Positions 34,501-47,477 of a DNA stretch of 64,000 nucleotides are shown one piece after another. The position numbers and the translations under genes are program-made. How positions within the stretch are numbered: position 1 is the stretch's first letter; each line of letters opens with the position of its first letter. This stretch comes from the human T2T-CHM13v2.0 reference genome, Homo sapiens. Where the stretch lies: assembly GCF_009914755.1 (NCBI RefSeq), contig NC_060930.1; one strand, 5' to 3'. Under the pieces are notes generated by a model, which was given only the letters and a program-made list of their open reading frames with translations, did not search any database and was not told where the DNA came from.

Positions 34501-36677
34501 CTTATATTCATCATGCTATTTGTTTCCTGAATACCTTTTTTTTTCCATTGTGTTGTTGTTTTATAGGTCCTATGAAATTTGTGCTTTAAGGAGATCCTAT
34601 TTTGGTGTATTTTGATAATTTGTTTTAAGATTTAGAGCTCCTTTTAGCAGTTCTTGTAGTGCTGGCTTGGTAGTGGTGAATTCTCTCAGCATTTGTTTGT
34701 CTGGAAAAAACTTTATATTTCCTTCATTTATGAAGCTTAGTTTCACTGGACACAATACTTGACTGATAGATGTTTTGTTTAAAGAGGCTAAAAATAGGAC
34801 CCCAATTCTTTCTAGCTTGTGGGATTTCTGCTGAGGAATCTGCTGTTAAACTAATAAGTTTTCCTTTATAGTTTACCTAATGCTTTTGCCTCACAGCTCT
34901 TAAGATTCTTTCCTTCGTCTTGTCTTTAGATAAGCTGATGACTATTTGCCTAGGTGACGATCTTAAGATTCTTTCATTCATCTTGTCTTTAGATAACCTG
35001 ATGACTATGCACCCAGGTGATGAATTTCCCAGGTATTCTTTGAGCTTCCTGTATTTGGATATCTGGATATCTAACAAGGCCTGGGAAGTTTTCCTTGATT
35101 TTTCCCTCAAATATGTTTTCCAAACTTTTTCCTCAGGAACTCCAGTTATTCTTAGGTTTGGTCATTTAATATAATCCCGAACTTCTTAGAGGCTTTGTTC
35201 ATTTTTTAAAAACTATTTTTTCTTTCTCTTTGTCAGATTCGGTTAATTTGAAAGTTGTGTCTTCGAGCTCTGAAGTTCTTTCTTCTGCTTGCTTGATTCT
35301 ATTGCCAAGACTTTCCAGTGCATTTTGCAATTTTCTAAGTGTGTCCTTCATTTCCAGAAGTTGTGGTTGTTTTTTCTTTATGCTATTTATTTCACTGAAG
35401 AATTTTCCTTTCATATCCTGCATTATTATTATTTTTTATTTCTTTAAGTTGGACTTCACCTTTCTCTGGTGCATCCTTGATTGGCTTAATAGTCAAACTT
35501 CTGAATTCTTTTTCTGGTAATTCAGAGATTTCATCTTGGTTTGGATCCATTGCTGGAGAGCTAGTGTGATCTTTTGGGGGTGTTAAAGAAGCTCGTTTTG
35601 CCATATTATGAGGATTGTTTTTCTGGTTCCTTCTCATTTATGTAGACTATGTCAGAGGGAAGACGCTGGGCTCAAGGGCTGCTGTTGAGATTCTATTGTC
35701 CCATAGGGTGCTCCCCTGATGTTGTGGTCACCCCTGTCCCCTAAAGATGGGGCTTTCTAAGAGCCAAACTGCAGTTATTGGTATTCCTCTTCTGGGTCTA
35801 GCCACCCAGTGGAGCTACCAGGCTCTGGGCTGATACTGGGGAATGTCTGCAAAGAGTCCTGTGATGTGATTAATCTTCAGTTTTCTCAGCTGTAGATACC
35901 TGTGTCTGCTCTGGTAGAGGTAGCAGAGTCAAGTGGTCTCTGTGAGGGTCCCTGGTTGTATTTTTAAGTGTGCTTTTTTTTTTATTGTTGTTGTTTGGCC
36001 TCTAACCGAAAGGTGGTGCTTTCAAGAGTGCCTCCAGTCAGGAGGTGGTGCTTTCAGGCAGTGGGCAGGGCCTTTAGGCACCCAAGATATATGTCTTTCA
36101 TCTTCAGCTACCAGGGCAGGTAGAGAAAGATCATCAGGTGGAAACAGGGTTAGATGTGTCTGAGCTCAGATTCTCCTTGGGTGAGGCATTCTGTGGCTGC
36201 TGTGATGGATGGGTGTGTGATTTTCAGGCCAATGGACTTATGTTCCCAGGGGGATTATGGCTGCCTCTGCTGCATCACACAGATGGCCAGGAAAACAGGG
36301 GCAAGCTGGCAGCCACAGGCCTTACCCAGCTCCCATGCAGCCCACAGCCCGAAAGGCTAGTCTCACTCCAACTGTGTCCTTCCAACAGCACCAAGTTAAT
36401 TTCCTTGCAGCTGGTGAGCAGAGCTGAGGACTTGCCCAAGGGTACAAGCCTCCCAGCTGAGAAAGCAAGCAGACTCACAGTTCCTGGCTGTCACATGGAG
36501 CCTGCAGGGGCAATACACCTCCTTCAAAGGTTCTGTGGATTCTCTAGACTTTCTTGATATGTTCCTGCAGTAGTTCTTCAAGCAAAAGTTCACTGTGTGA
36601 GTCTCCATACACTACTGTCTTTGTTCGACTGGAAGCTGCAAGTTAGTCCTCCCCCCATCTGCTATTTTCCCTCCTAT
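31544..36677 (-). mobile_element. Near full-length L1PB (PB1-like) nested in an older L1
   Basis: L1PB 3' end (aggttttggaggaacaggtggtgtttggtt), ORF2 ([15 protein letters not shown]), ORF1 (MRRNQKNN, 35637) and GC-richer 5'UTR; TSD atctctgattt 31533-31543/36683-36693. Confidence 0.9.
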
Positions 36678-36682
36678 ATTTC

Positions 36683-39600
36683 ATCTCTGATTTCTTTGAG
36701 CAGTGCTTTGTAATTCTTGTAGAGATTGTTAACCTATCTGGTTAGCAGTATTCCTAGGTATTTTATTCTTTTTGTGGCTATTGTGAATTGGTGTTCTTGA
36801 TTTGCGCTCAGCAAAAATGATGTTGGGTATAGAAATGCTACTGATTACTGATTTTTGTACATTGATCTTCTATCCTAAAACTTTGCTGAAGTTGCTTATC
36901 AATTTTAGGTGATTTTGGACAGAGAGTATGGGTTTTTTAGGTACAGAATAATATCATCTGCAAACAGGGATAGTTTGGCTTCCTCTTTTCCTATTTGTAT
37001 GCCCTTTATTTCTTTCTCTTGCCTGCTTGCTCTGGCCAGGACTTCCAGTACTATGTTGAATAGAAATGGTGGAGAGAGCATCTTTGTCTTGTGCCAGTTT
37101 TCAAGGGGAATGCTCAGGTTTTGCCCCTTCAGTATGATGTTGGCTGTGTAATCTTTATAGATAGCTTTTATTATTTTGAGGTATGTTCCTTTAATACCCA
37201 GTTTGTTGAGGGTTTTTAACACAAAGTTGTGTTTAATTTTATCAAAAGCCTTTATTCCTTCTATTGAGATAATCATGTGCTTTTTTACTTTAATTATGTT
37301 TATTTGTTGAATCACATTTATTTATTTCCACATGTTGAACCAACCTTATATCCCAGGGATAAAGCCTACTTAATCATGATGGATTAGCTTTTTGATGTAC
37401 TGCTGGATTCAATGTGCTAGTATTTTGTTGAGAATTTTTACATCTATATTCATCAAAGATATTGGCCAGAAGGTTGGGGGGTGTGTGCGTGTGTGTGCGC
37501 GTGCGCCAGGTTTTGGTATGAGGATGCTGCTGGCTTGATGGAATGAGTTAAGGAGGAGTTTCTCCTCAATTTTTTGGAATAGTTTCTGTAGAAATGATAC
37601 TGGTTCTTCTTCAAACATCTGGTAGAATTCAGGAGTGAAGTCATCTGGTCCTGGGCATTTTCTGGTTGGTAAGCCTTTTATAACTGACTTAATTTTGGAA
37701 CTCATTAATGGTCTGTTCAGTGATTCAGTCTGTTCCTGGTTCAATCTTGGGAGGTTGTATGTTTCCAGATATTTATCAATATCTTATACGTTTTCTAGCA
37801 TAAGTAAATAGAGGTGTTGTAGTAGCCTCTGATGATTTTTGTATCTCTGTGGCATCAGTGTTAATGTCCTCTGTCATTTTGTATTGTGTTTATTTTGATC
37901 TTTTTTTCTTTGTTATTCTAGCTAGTGGTATATCTGTCTTACTTATTTTTTTCAAGAAAGTAACTCATGAACTCAAGTTTTGTATGGATTTTTGTGTCTC
38001 AACATCCTTTAGTTTAGCTCTAATTTTGGTTATTTATTGTCTCCTGCTAGCTCTGGGATTGGTTTGCTCTTTCTTCTCTAATTCCTGTAGGGTATGATGT
38101 TAGGTTGTTATTTTGAGATCTTTGTAGCTTTTTGATGTGGACACTTAGTGCTATAAACTTCCATCTCAACAATGCTTTAGCTGTGTCCCAGAGATTCTCA
38201 TATGTTGTATCTTCATTTTTATTAGTTTCAAATAACTTCTTGATTTCTGCCTTAATCTCATTGTTCACCCAAAAGTCATTCAGGAGCAGGTTGTTTAATT
38301 TTCATGTAATTCTGTGGTTTGAACAATCTTAGCATTGACTTATATTTTCATTTTATTGTGGTCTGAGAGTGTGTTTGCTAGTATTTCTTTTTTTTTTTGC
38401 ATTTAATGAGGTTTTCTTTGTTGTTGTTGTTGTTTTAATGGCCAATTGTGTGGTCAATTTAGAGTATGTGCCATGTGCTGATGAAAGGACTGTATAATTT
38501 TCATTTTTCAGTAGGCAATTCTGTATATATCTATCAGGTATATTTGATCCAGTGCTGAGTTCAGGTCCTGAATATCTTAGTTTTCTGCCTTGATGATCTG
38601 TCTGATACTTTCAGTGGGGTACTGAAGCCCCCCTTTATTTTTGTATGGTAATAGAAGTTTCTTTGTTGGTCTCTAAGGACTTGCTTTATGAATCTGGGTG
38701 CTCCTGTGTTGGGGGGCATATATTTAGCATAGTTAGGTCTTCTTCTTGTTGAATTGAACTGTTTAGCATTATGCAATGCCCTTCTTTATCTTTTTAAATC
38801 TTTCTTGGTTTAAAGTCTGTTTTGTCTGAAAGAGGATTATTATCCCCTTCTTTCTTCTGTTTTCCATTTTACTGGTAGATTTTTTCCAACCTTTTACTTT
38901 GAGCCTATGGGCATTATTGCATTTGAGATGCGTATCTTAAAGACAGTACACAGTTGGATCTTGCTTCTTTATCCAACTTGCTACTCTGTGTCCTTTAATT
39001 GGAGCAATTAGCTTGTTCACATTCAAGGCTAATATTAATATGTGTGGATTTGATCATTCTGTCATCATGTTGTTAGCTGTTTATTGTATGCACATGTTTG
39101 TATCATTGCTTAATAGTGTCAATGGTCTATGTACATCAGTATTTTTGTAATGGCTGGTAATGTTCTTCTATTTTCATATACAGCATTCCCTTCAGGACCT
39201 GTTGAAAGGCAAGTCCAGTGGTAATGAATTCCCTTAGCATTTATTTGCCTGAAATGGATCTTATTTCTCCTTAGCTTATGAAGCTTAATTTGCCTGGATA
39301 TGAAATGTTGGAGTTTGCTTTATTTAAGAATGCCGAATATATGCCCCCAGTCTCTTCTGACTTGTAGCATTTCTGCTGAGTGGTCTTCTTTTAGCCTAAT
39401 GGGGATCCCTTGTATGTATCATGCTTCTTCTCTCTAGCTGCCTTGAACATTTTTTCTTTCATTTTGACCTTGGAGAATCTGATTACTATGTGTCTCGGGT
39501 ATAGTTTTCTTATGTACTATCTTCTGGGGGTTCTCTGCATTTCCTGAATTTGAATGTCAGCCTCTTTAATGACGATAGGGCTATTTTCATGGGTGATATT

Positions 39601-40890
39601 CTCAAATATGTTTTTCAAGTTGCTTGCTTTCTCTCATTCTCTTCAGGGATGCCAACGAGTCATATATTTTATCTCTTTACATAATCCTATATTTCTCAGA
39701 GTTTTGTTCATTCTTCTTTAATTTTTTTTCTTAATTTTTGTCTGAGTTATTTCAGAGAACTGGTTTTTTAACTCCAAATTGTTTTCTCAGACTGGACAAT
39801 TCTGCTTTTAATACTTGCAATTGCATTGTGAAATTCTTGAAGTGAGTTTTGCAGCTGTATCAGATCAGTTTGATTCTTTCTTATAATGACCATTTCATCT
39901 TTTATTTTCTGCATCATTTTATTGTATTCCTTAGAATTTTTGTGTTAGGTTTCATCTTTCTCTAGGATCTTGATTATCTTTTTTTCTATCCATACTCTTA
40001 ATTCTATGTCTGTCATTTCAGACATTTCAGCCTGGCTAAGAACCATTACTGGGGAAGTACTATGGGCATTTGGAGGTAAGAATACACTCTGGTTTTTTGA
40101 GTTGCCAGAGTTTCTTGTTCTGGTTCTTTCTCGACTATGTGGGCTGATGTTTCTTTAATCTTTAAAATTGCTGTTCTTTAGATAGACTTTTTTTTAAATT
40201 TTATCTTCTTTGATGCCATTGAGGGTTTCATTGTAGTATAATGTGGGTTCAGTCAGTTGACTTTGTTTATGGAAGATTATAGGGGTCCAAGTCTCAGTTA
40301 ACGCTCCTGGGCTGCATGCCATAAATTTTTGGGGCTGATATTGGGCAAGTAGCTTTGTTCTCTGGTCTGTTTAGGTTAGAAAGCTGTTGTGCTGGAAAGG
40401 CCATGGTGGTCCTAGACTACGGGCCACAGTGCTCTAATGTGTGATGCCAACCAATGTGCTTTGTTTGTGCAATGGCACTGAGATCTCTGCTTATTTGCAC
40501 ATTCCAGCAGGAGCAACAACATAACGGGGTACATACAGGTTGACTGGGATGGGAAGCTAGTGGGCGTGGAGCTGCCAGCCTCCCTGTGCATGTTTGCAGT
40601 GGCAGTGGTGGCACCATGGGGCCAGGGGCAGGGCTGCTGGCATTTATGTGCTTGTCCATACTGGCAGCAGTGTCGGCACGGTGGTTGGGCACTGGTAGGC
40701 TGCAGGGCTGCTGGACTCCATGCACACGTTTGCTCCCACGGCAGTGAAAGTGCAGGCTGGGGAGCAAGGCCTCTGGCATCTGTGCACATGCACATCAGCA
40801 ATGGCCGCTCAACCAGGGTACACAAGGATGTGCTTACTTGAGCAGCAGTGAGATGGGGTCCAAAACGGGTTGGGGGTGGCCGTAGCTGAG
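36683..40890 (-). mobile_element. Remainder of the host L1PA: ORF2 N-terminal half, ORF1 and 5'UTR
   Basis: [12 protein letters not shown] (ORF 36905-37315), EN and ORF1 homology, GC-rich 5'UTR at 40400-40890. Confidence 0.88.
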
Positions 40891-42239
40891 TGCAAAACAG
40901 GAGATTTTTAAAGATGAGAACTGGTAAAGGGAGACTAGGATACCAAAGGAAGCAAAATATGCCAATTCACAGAGATTTAAAAGAACAGGTTATGTTTTCC
41001 AGGGTATGAAGGCACAAAGGAACACAAAGGAAGAGTGGGAACACAAAGGAGGATGTTAGTAGAAATAAGATGGATAAAAAATTTGTTCCTAAACTCATAA
41101 TTAATTAGTCTATATTACTTTTTCAGGGCATATGCTGCAAGTAAATATATTAAAAAGTAAAATTATTCTATTTATTTTATTATTCTCTAGTAAAGCCATC
41201 CCAAGCCTCTCAAGCATATTAAGTATGCTTCTAGCTCTCGGGCTCTCATCAAAGAAGTAAATGAAGACACTGCTTCAATTCACATTTAAAATCACCAGTA
41301 TTTTCTACCAACATATGTAAGAAGACTGGTAGGAAGTCTGTAAGTGCAGGACATGAGTACTATCTGAAGATTATTCTATCTCAAAGAGAACAATAGATAA
41401 TTCTGGCGGGACTGATAGCATTTGTATAGTCTTCTAGAATTTGAGAAAAAACATTTTCACTACTGACCCTGATTTTTACCTACACATTGAAAATAGAAGA
41501 GAATCACTATAACTATTTCTCATCTCAAAATGCTTTTTATCATAGACATAAACTGATTGGCAAAATTTGATGTTCATCAGCTGGTGTTTTACATCATTTG
41601 AATGAGATTTTTTTCAGTTGTCTGTCTTATCTAGAAAGAAAGTGGAAAAAGTCAACCTCAGAACTTAATGCAGAACAATTTAAACAGGGAATGCTAAAGT
41701 TCAGGTAGATGAGCCTAGTTCAAGAACTTTGTTCTTTGGAGCAAAACAGTGCTCTGTTGGAACTGATTTTCAATGCAGAAAGACTTTGAATTCTCTAAGG
41801 CGTTTTACCAGTTCTATTAAGTCAACAAGCTTGTCATTAAACAAATAGGTCAAGGTCATTAAACAAATAAAGAGATAAACTTCAATTCAAATCCAGATTT
41901 TGCTTACCTCAAAATCACAACATTGTATTACTATTGAGTACATACTCTGTGTAAAATCTTGTGTACTAAATGTGGTATGAAATACAAGAAACAAGGGAAG
42001 ATTAAGCATGGTGATAAGATATAATTTTCCACTCTCTGAACTTTTCTTCTTTCATTTCCCCTTTGCTAATCTCTATGTTCTCTATAAATTTACTCTATCT
42101 CTATTCTTTGCACTTGCTACTTCCTCTCTTTCAATCACTCCTTCCTTAGACAGTGAATGTCTTGCCTCCTTTAGGCAGTCAGATCTCAACTTTTCTTTCT
42201 CCACAAAGAGGAAACTTGTAATCGCTCTTGATTTTCTTA

Positions 42240-42490
42240 GTCTGCTTTACTTTTTCTATAGTATTTATTTCCTGCAATTATAGTATATATTCATGTTTGT
42301 ACTTATTTATAACCTGACTTAGCTACATTCTGGAAACTCTGTGAAGGCAGGAATTTTTGTCATGTTCACTATTTTATTCTCAGGGCCTATAACAATTCTG
42401 AGCTCACAATAGGTGCTCATTGACCACTTATAGTAGATAATCATTGATGTATACCTGCAGGTATTCATCAAATGAATGAATAAGTGATTC
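42240..42490 (+). mobile_element. L2 3' end
   Basis: ctgtgaaggcaggaatttttgtc...aataggtgctca...aaatgaatgaataa. Confidence 0.6.
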
Positions 42491-45301
42491 AATTAGTCGG
42501 TTTTCAGAGAGAAATACATTTGTAAAAATAGACTAATTGTAAGACAGAGAGAAATACATATGATAATATTAAAATTAGATCTGTAAACAAAATCCTGTGG
42601 GATTCTAAATAAGAAAGCAATTATTTCCAATTTGGGATTCATAGAAGGCATTACAAATGAACTGAAATTTGAGCTGACTTGGGAAATAAGTATTTCAGAA
42701 AAAGAGAGCATGATGCATACAGAGGCAGGGCAGAAAATGATTTAAGTGATAGCATTTATGAAGGATTTTTGTGGGAAGTGAGCCTGGAGTTACAGTTTTG
42801 CCTCCAGTGTCATGCAAAACCAAGTGAATACTTGCATGCATTGGGAAGCTGTGGAGTTTTACGGAAGAGATGAATATACCTGTCTCACCAACTGGCTCTA
42901 TCTGGCAACAACGGGCAATCGTGCACGTGCAGTCATATAAATATAAGTGCATCCATTAATCCTTGAGACAAATCAACAGAAGTAGGAACTTAATGACTCT
43001 GATCTCTTGTTTACTCGTTTGACTTTGGTGAAAATACAAGTTCTTGGCCTTATTTGAGAAATGCTTATGTTAATTAACTTGAAGTTAACTGTTTATACTT
43101 CGTTAGTGTGTAGTGACATGTTTGCAATTAAAATATAGCACATTTTCCTGAGCTATAAACTGATCAGACATGGAGATTCTGGCAAATTCTAGGCAGTATC
43201 ATAAAAAAATCATTTAAATAGCTCTCTTCTAAGGAGATCTGAATTCCAGTGTAGTATTTATCAACAATATCTAGAACAAACTGTTTCTCAATTTATATTT
43301 AAAATGAAAACATCACTACCCTATACTTCTAATTCTAACAGAAGAAATAAGATATTTCATGTAAACTAATACTAAAGGTAAGTAACAGTAAACAATACAG
43401 AAAATAAAATATATACATGCTAGGGCAAGTGCTTTTCTTGATGCTTGCTAGTAAATGCATTGTATTCATCCATCTATTCTTAAATGATGAATATTCACAT
43501 TTTATTTGTTAAAATACATAGTATACACTGCAGCTATAAAGAGATATAAAATATTGCCTGATCTTAAAAAAAAAAACTCATTTCTAAGGACAAGAAATAT
43601 GCATTACAGGTGTTAAGTTGAACTTTAAAATTAAAACCAGTAAAACATTAAAAAGGAGCACCTTTTTCAAAAATATTTTCATTGATATAGTGAATAGATA
43701 TATAAGCTAAACAATATATCTTAGAAATTTAATCAAAGTTCATCTCCAGCATTACCTATATTCTTTGTAAATAAAAATTAAGAAATTATTTGTAAACAAT
43801 GATTCTATGGATACTTGTCTATATATATATATATATAATAATATATATATATTATTAAAATGAAGTGAGTTGTAGAAGTGCCGATAGCAAGATGGTAAAA
43901 CTAATTTTTATTAACCGAGAGATTGACTTTATTTCAATTATATCTATATACTTTCTGCATCTAACCTAATAAAGGGTTATCAGCATAAATGTACAACAGA
44001 TAAAACTATGCATAGTTTAAATGAATCTTGGTGTTTCTTCACTGATTGTGGCCCGTAAGTTCTAAAGATATATCAGCCTTATTGTTTTTATCATTAATAG
44101 AATGTCTGCGCAGAACAGTGACTGACTTGAATGGATACTTGCAGCACTCTAGTGGACATTCTGCTTAAGTGCGAAGACACCTTGTAGTAAAATAAATCAT
44201 AGTACATGACACAAGATGTTCTTGAAAAAACAATCTCTACCTAAATACTGATATTTCACTTAAATCTATTCTTCTTGCACTGTATGTAATTAAATTTAAA
44301 ATTAGTGTATTTATCCTGTTAATTCTTTTTAAATGCTGCGCATTTTTGGAAATAACACTTGAGAAATATGGAAGTGCAAAGTGATCAAGGAGGTGAGGAA
44401 TTCTAAAGGTTAAGGAGTTCATTGAAGTTAAAGATGTTAGACCAGTCTGAAAGGCATTTTGAGGTCAATATTGTGTTGAATTATAAACGAAGGCAGATGA
44501 ATAGCTTTATATTTCTGAAGTTCAATTAATTTTGTGCCTGTAATTTTGTTTGGCTGAGGTAGAGTCCTCAAACTTAGAAGAGAAAAAGTCAATTGAAGGA
44601 ATACCATCTATAGAATATGTCAAATTGTTTACCAAAGGTTTTATTTTACAAGATGGTTGATCATTGAGGAATGAGGAAGAAGTAGTGGTTTTGTGGTGGG
44701 GGGTGGTAATATAAATTGCTCAAGAAATAGATGAGGGAGAAAATATATTAAACATAAAATATATTAAATAGAAAAAAATAGATACAGAAACATGTGAATA
44801 AAAATCCAGTGACAAATTCATATTCTGATAAAAATCTATATATATCTATTAAATTATATGTTTGTCTATGTAGTGGATACTTTTGATTAACTTGCAAATG
44901 TTTTCTTTCATTTTACCATTGATTGACTTTAAACTTTCTGAAAGATAATAATTGTTGAAAAATGTTTTAAATAATTCATCAGCTGAGATTTAAAATATCA
45001 TTCTTGCCATTTGGTAATGAAATACATTTGGTGATAAAATGAAAGCTGACAATTGGGCAGATAAAATGATGTTTAGATAAGCTTATCTGTTTTCTTTAGC
45101 AGACATGTATGCATTAAAGTTGCACTTTACCTCACAAATAACACACAGATTTTTAAAAATATTTATTCAGGTTAAAAAAAGAGCTTTATAGAATAGCAGA
45201 AAAAATAAAAGATAGTATTTTATTGTAAACAATCTTATTTTCTAACCATAGATTTAAATACAAAATAAAAGGTTAAAAAAGTTTTTTTAACCATAGTAAT
45301 A

Positions 45302-45490
45302 TTTTTCTTTTTTTATTATTATTATACTTTAAGTTTTAGGGTACATGTGCACAACGCGCAGGTTTGTTATATATGTATACATGTGCCATGTTTGGTGTGC
45401 TGCACCCATTAACTCGTCATTTAGCATTAGGTATATCTCCTAATGCTATCCCTCCCCCCTCCCTCCACCCCACAACATTCCCCGGTGTGT
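45302..45490 (-). mobile_element. Young L1PA (about PA3-4) 3' end
   Basis: ttatactttaagttttagggtacatgtgcacaacg...acccattaactcgtcatttagcattaggtatatctcc. Confidence 0.95.
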
Positions 45491-46232
45491 AGTGTCTACA
45501 CTCACACTCACACACACACACTCAGGTGGGCATACATGCACAAGTCAAATGTTAAAACAATATTTCTAATGCTAAAGCATTTAAACCATTGAATCAAAGA
45601 GTGTTCATCTGACATATGCAATACACATTGAAATACACAATGAGATACACATTGAAATGATTCCATACCTAAACAGTTTCTGAAGTATCTTTTTAAATTA
45701 TAAGAGAAAAATGCATATTGTGAAATTCTTTCCATATAGTTTCCAACATGCAAATAAATAATTAAGGGGGTGAAAGGTTGAAATTAATGTGTCTTTATCA
45801 AGCTCAGTAATAATATTAATTATTATTGACAATATTTATGTAAGCCCTGTCTACATATGATCACGATCACAGAAATGTAAAACTAGTGAGAATATGTTTT
45901 AAAAATAAATAAATAATGCTCAGTTTGCTTTCCACTCCTAAATGTATGGAATTGTCTTGCCTCAGTGGTACATGCTTTTTCTGCTGCGAATTGTTGAATT
46001 TAGATGAAATATGCACACACAAATCATAATGACATATTTCAAAGTCATCTCTACAAGATATTTACCTCATATTAAATTCCTTTTTGATAGTAGATAAAAA
46101 CTATGTTATTTAAAACAAATGCCAAAATTTAATAATTTCAAATCTCGTGGTTTAGATTATTAGATTCTTTTCAAGAGAGAGAGTGGGAAAGTAGCAGTAA
46201 AAAAGGAAAAAAGATTGCATAAAGGCAATTAC

Positions 46233-46554
46233 CAGTAACAAAGAAATATTATTCTGACACTAGTTAAAACATGAGGAAGACTTTATGCAGAATTATTAGC
46301 AATAGATGTCATGATTTTTGCAATAGATGTCATGATTTTTGCAATAGGGTAAAAAGAGCAGACTCAACTCCAAATACAGGAACAACAGCTGGGGATTTGT
46401 AGACAATGAGCAAAGTGAAGGCATCAGTAGATGGAAAATTAATCAGAGAAGGATTCTTGCTAAACTGACTTAATGGGATTCTTGTTGAAGGCAAGCCAGA
46501 TGATTAGATATCAAGGGTGGGGAATTCTTGTTAAACTGACTTAGCAAGATTCTT
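46233..46554 (-). mobile_element. MER31-type LTR, part 1
   Basis: Repeated ggattcttgctaaactgactta motifs and gatatcaagggtgggg; the LTR resumes at 50382. Confidence 0.7.
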
Positions 46555-47182
46555 TGTTTTAATTTTTAATTTTTATGGCTACATAATAGTTGTACATATT
46601 TATGGGATACATGTAATATTTTGATACAAGCATACAGTGTGTAATGATCAAATTAGGTAAGCCAGAAATCCATCACCTCAAGCATTTATCATTTATTTGT
46701 GTTATGAACATTCCAATTTTACCATTTTAGTTATGTTGAAATATAGAATAAACCATTTAACTATAGTCATCTTATTGTGCTACCAAACATTGAATCTTAT
46801 TCTTTCTATATCTGACTGTATTTTTGTTCCCATTAACAAACTCCCTTCCCATGACCCTTCCCAGTAGCCATCATTCTACTCTCTATCCCTAGTTCTCTTT
46901 TCTTTTTTTTTTTGGTTCCCACCTATTAGTGATAGCATATGATGTTTGTCTTTTGTCTTTCTGTGCCTGGTTTATTTCACTTATCATTGTCCTTCAGTCC
47001 CATCCATGTTGCAAATGAAGGATCTCATTATTTTTATGTCTGAATAGTACTCCATTATATATAGATGGAGTACTATATATATACTTACATTATATTACAT
47101 TATATTTTATATATATATATAAAGAAGATATGGAATTCACCTAAATGTTCATCAATGGATAAATAGGTTTTATTTAATGTGG

Positions 47183-47223
<41 letters not shown>

Positions 47224-47465
47224 TGTATACCACATTAAAAAAAATTATCCATTGATGGTTGATTCCCTTAGGTTCAGCCTTAGGTTTATTCTGTATCTTC
47301 ATTATTGTGAATTGTGCTGTGATAAACATGAGAGTATAGATATCATTTTGATACATTGATTTTCTTTCGAGTATATACCAAGCAGATTTGCTGCATTATA
47401 TGGTAGTTATATTTTTAGCTTATCGATAAAGGGCTATAATGTTCTTCATAGAGGCTGTATACTAG
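46555..47465 (-). mobile_element. L1MA-type 3' end with internal fold-back rearrangement
   Basis: tacataatagttgtacatatttatggg...tgtgtaatgatcaaattagg; T-rich tail at the left end. Confidence 0.85.
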
Positions 47466-47477
47466 TTAGCTGGATTC

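Noticed and set aside
40400-40890. GC-rich block with 93-137 aa ORFs, as a CpG island or gene
   Set aside because: It is contiguous with L1 ORF1 and is the decayed L1 5'UTR; the same applies to 35930-36610.
41010-41052. Triple cacaaagga direct repeat
   Set aside because: Short, irregularly spaced local duplication with no array structure.
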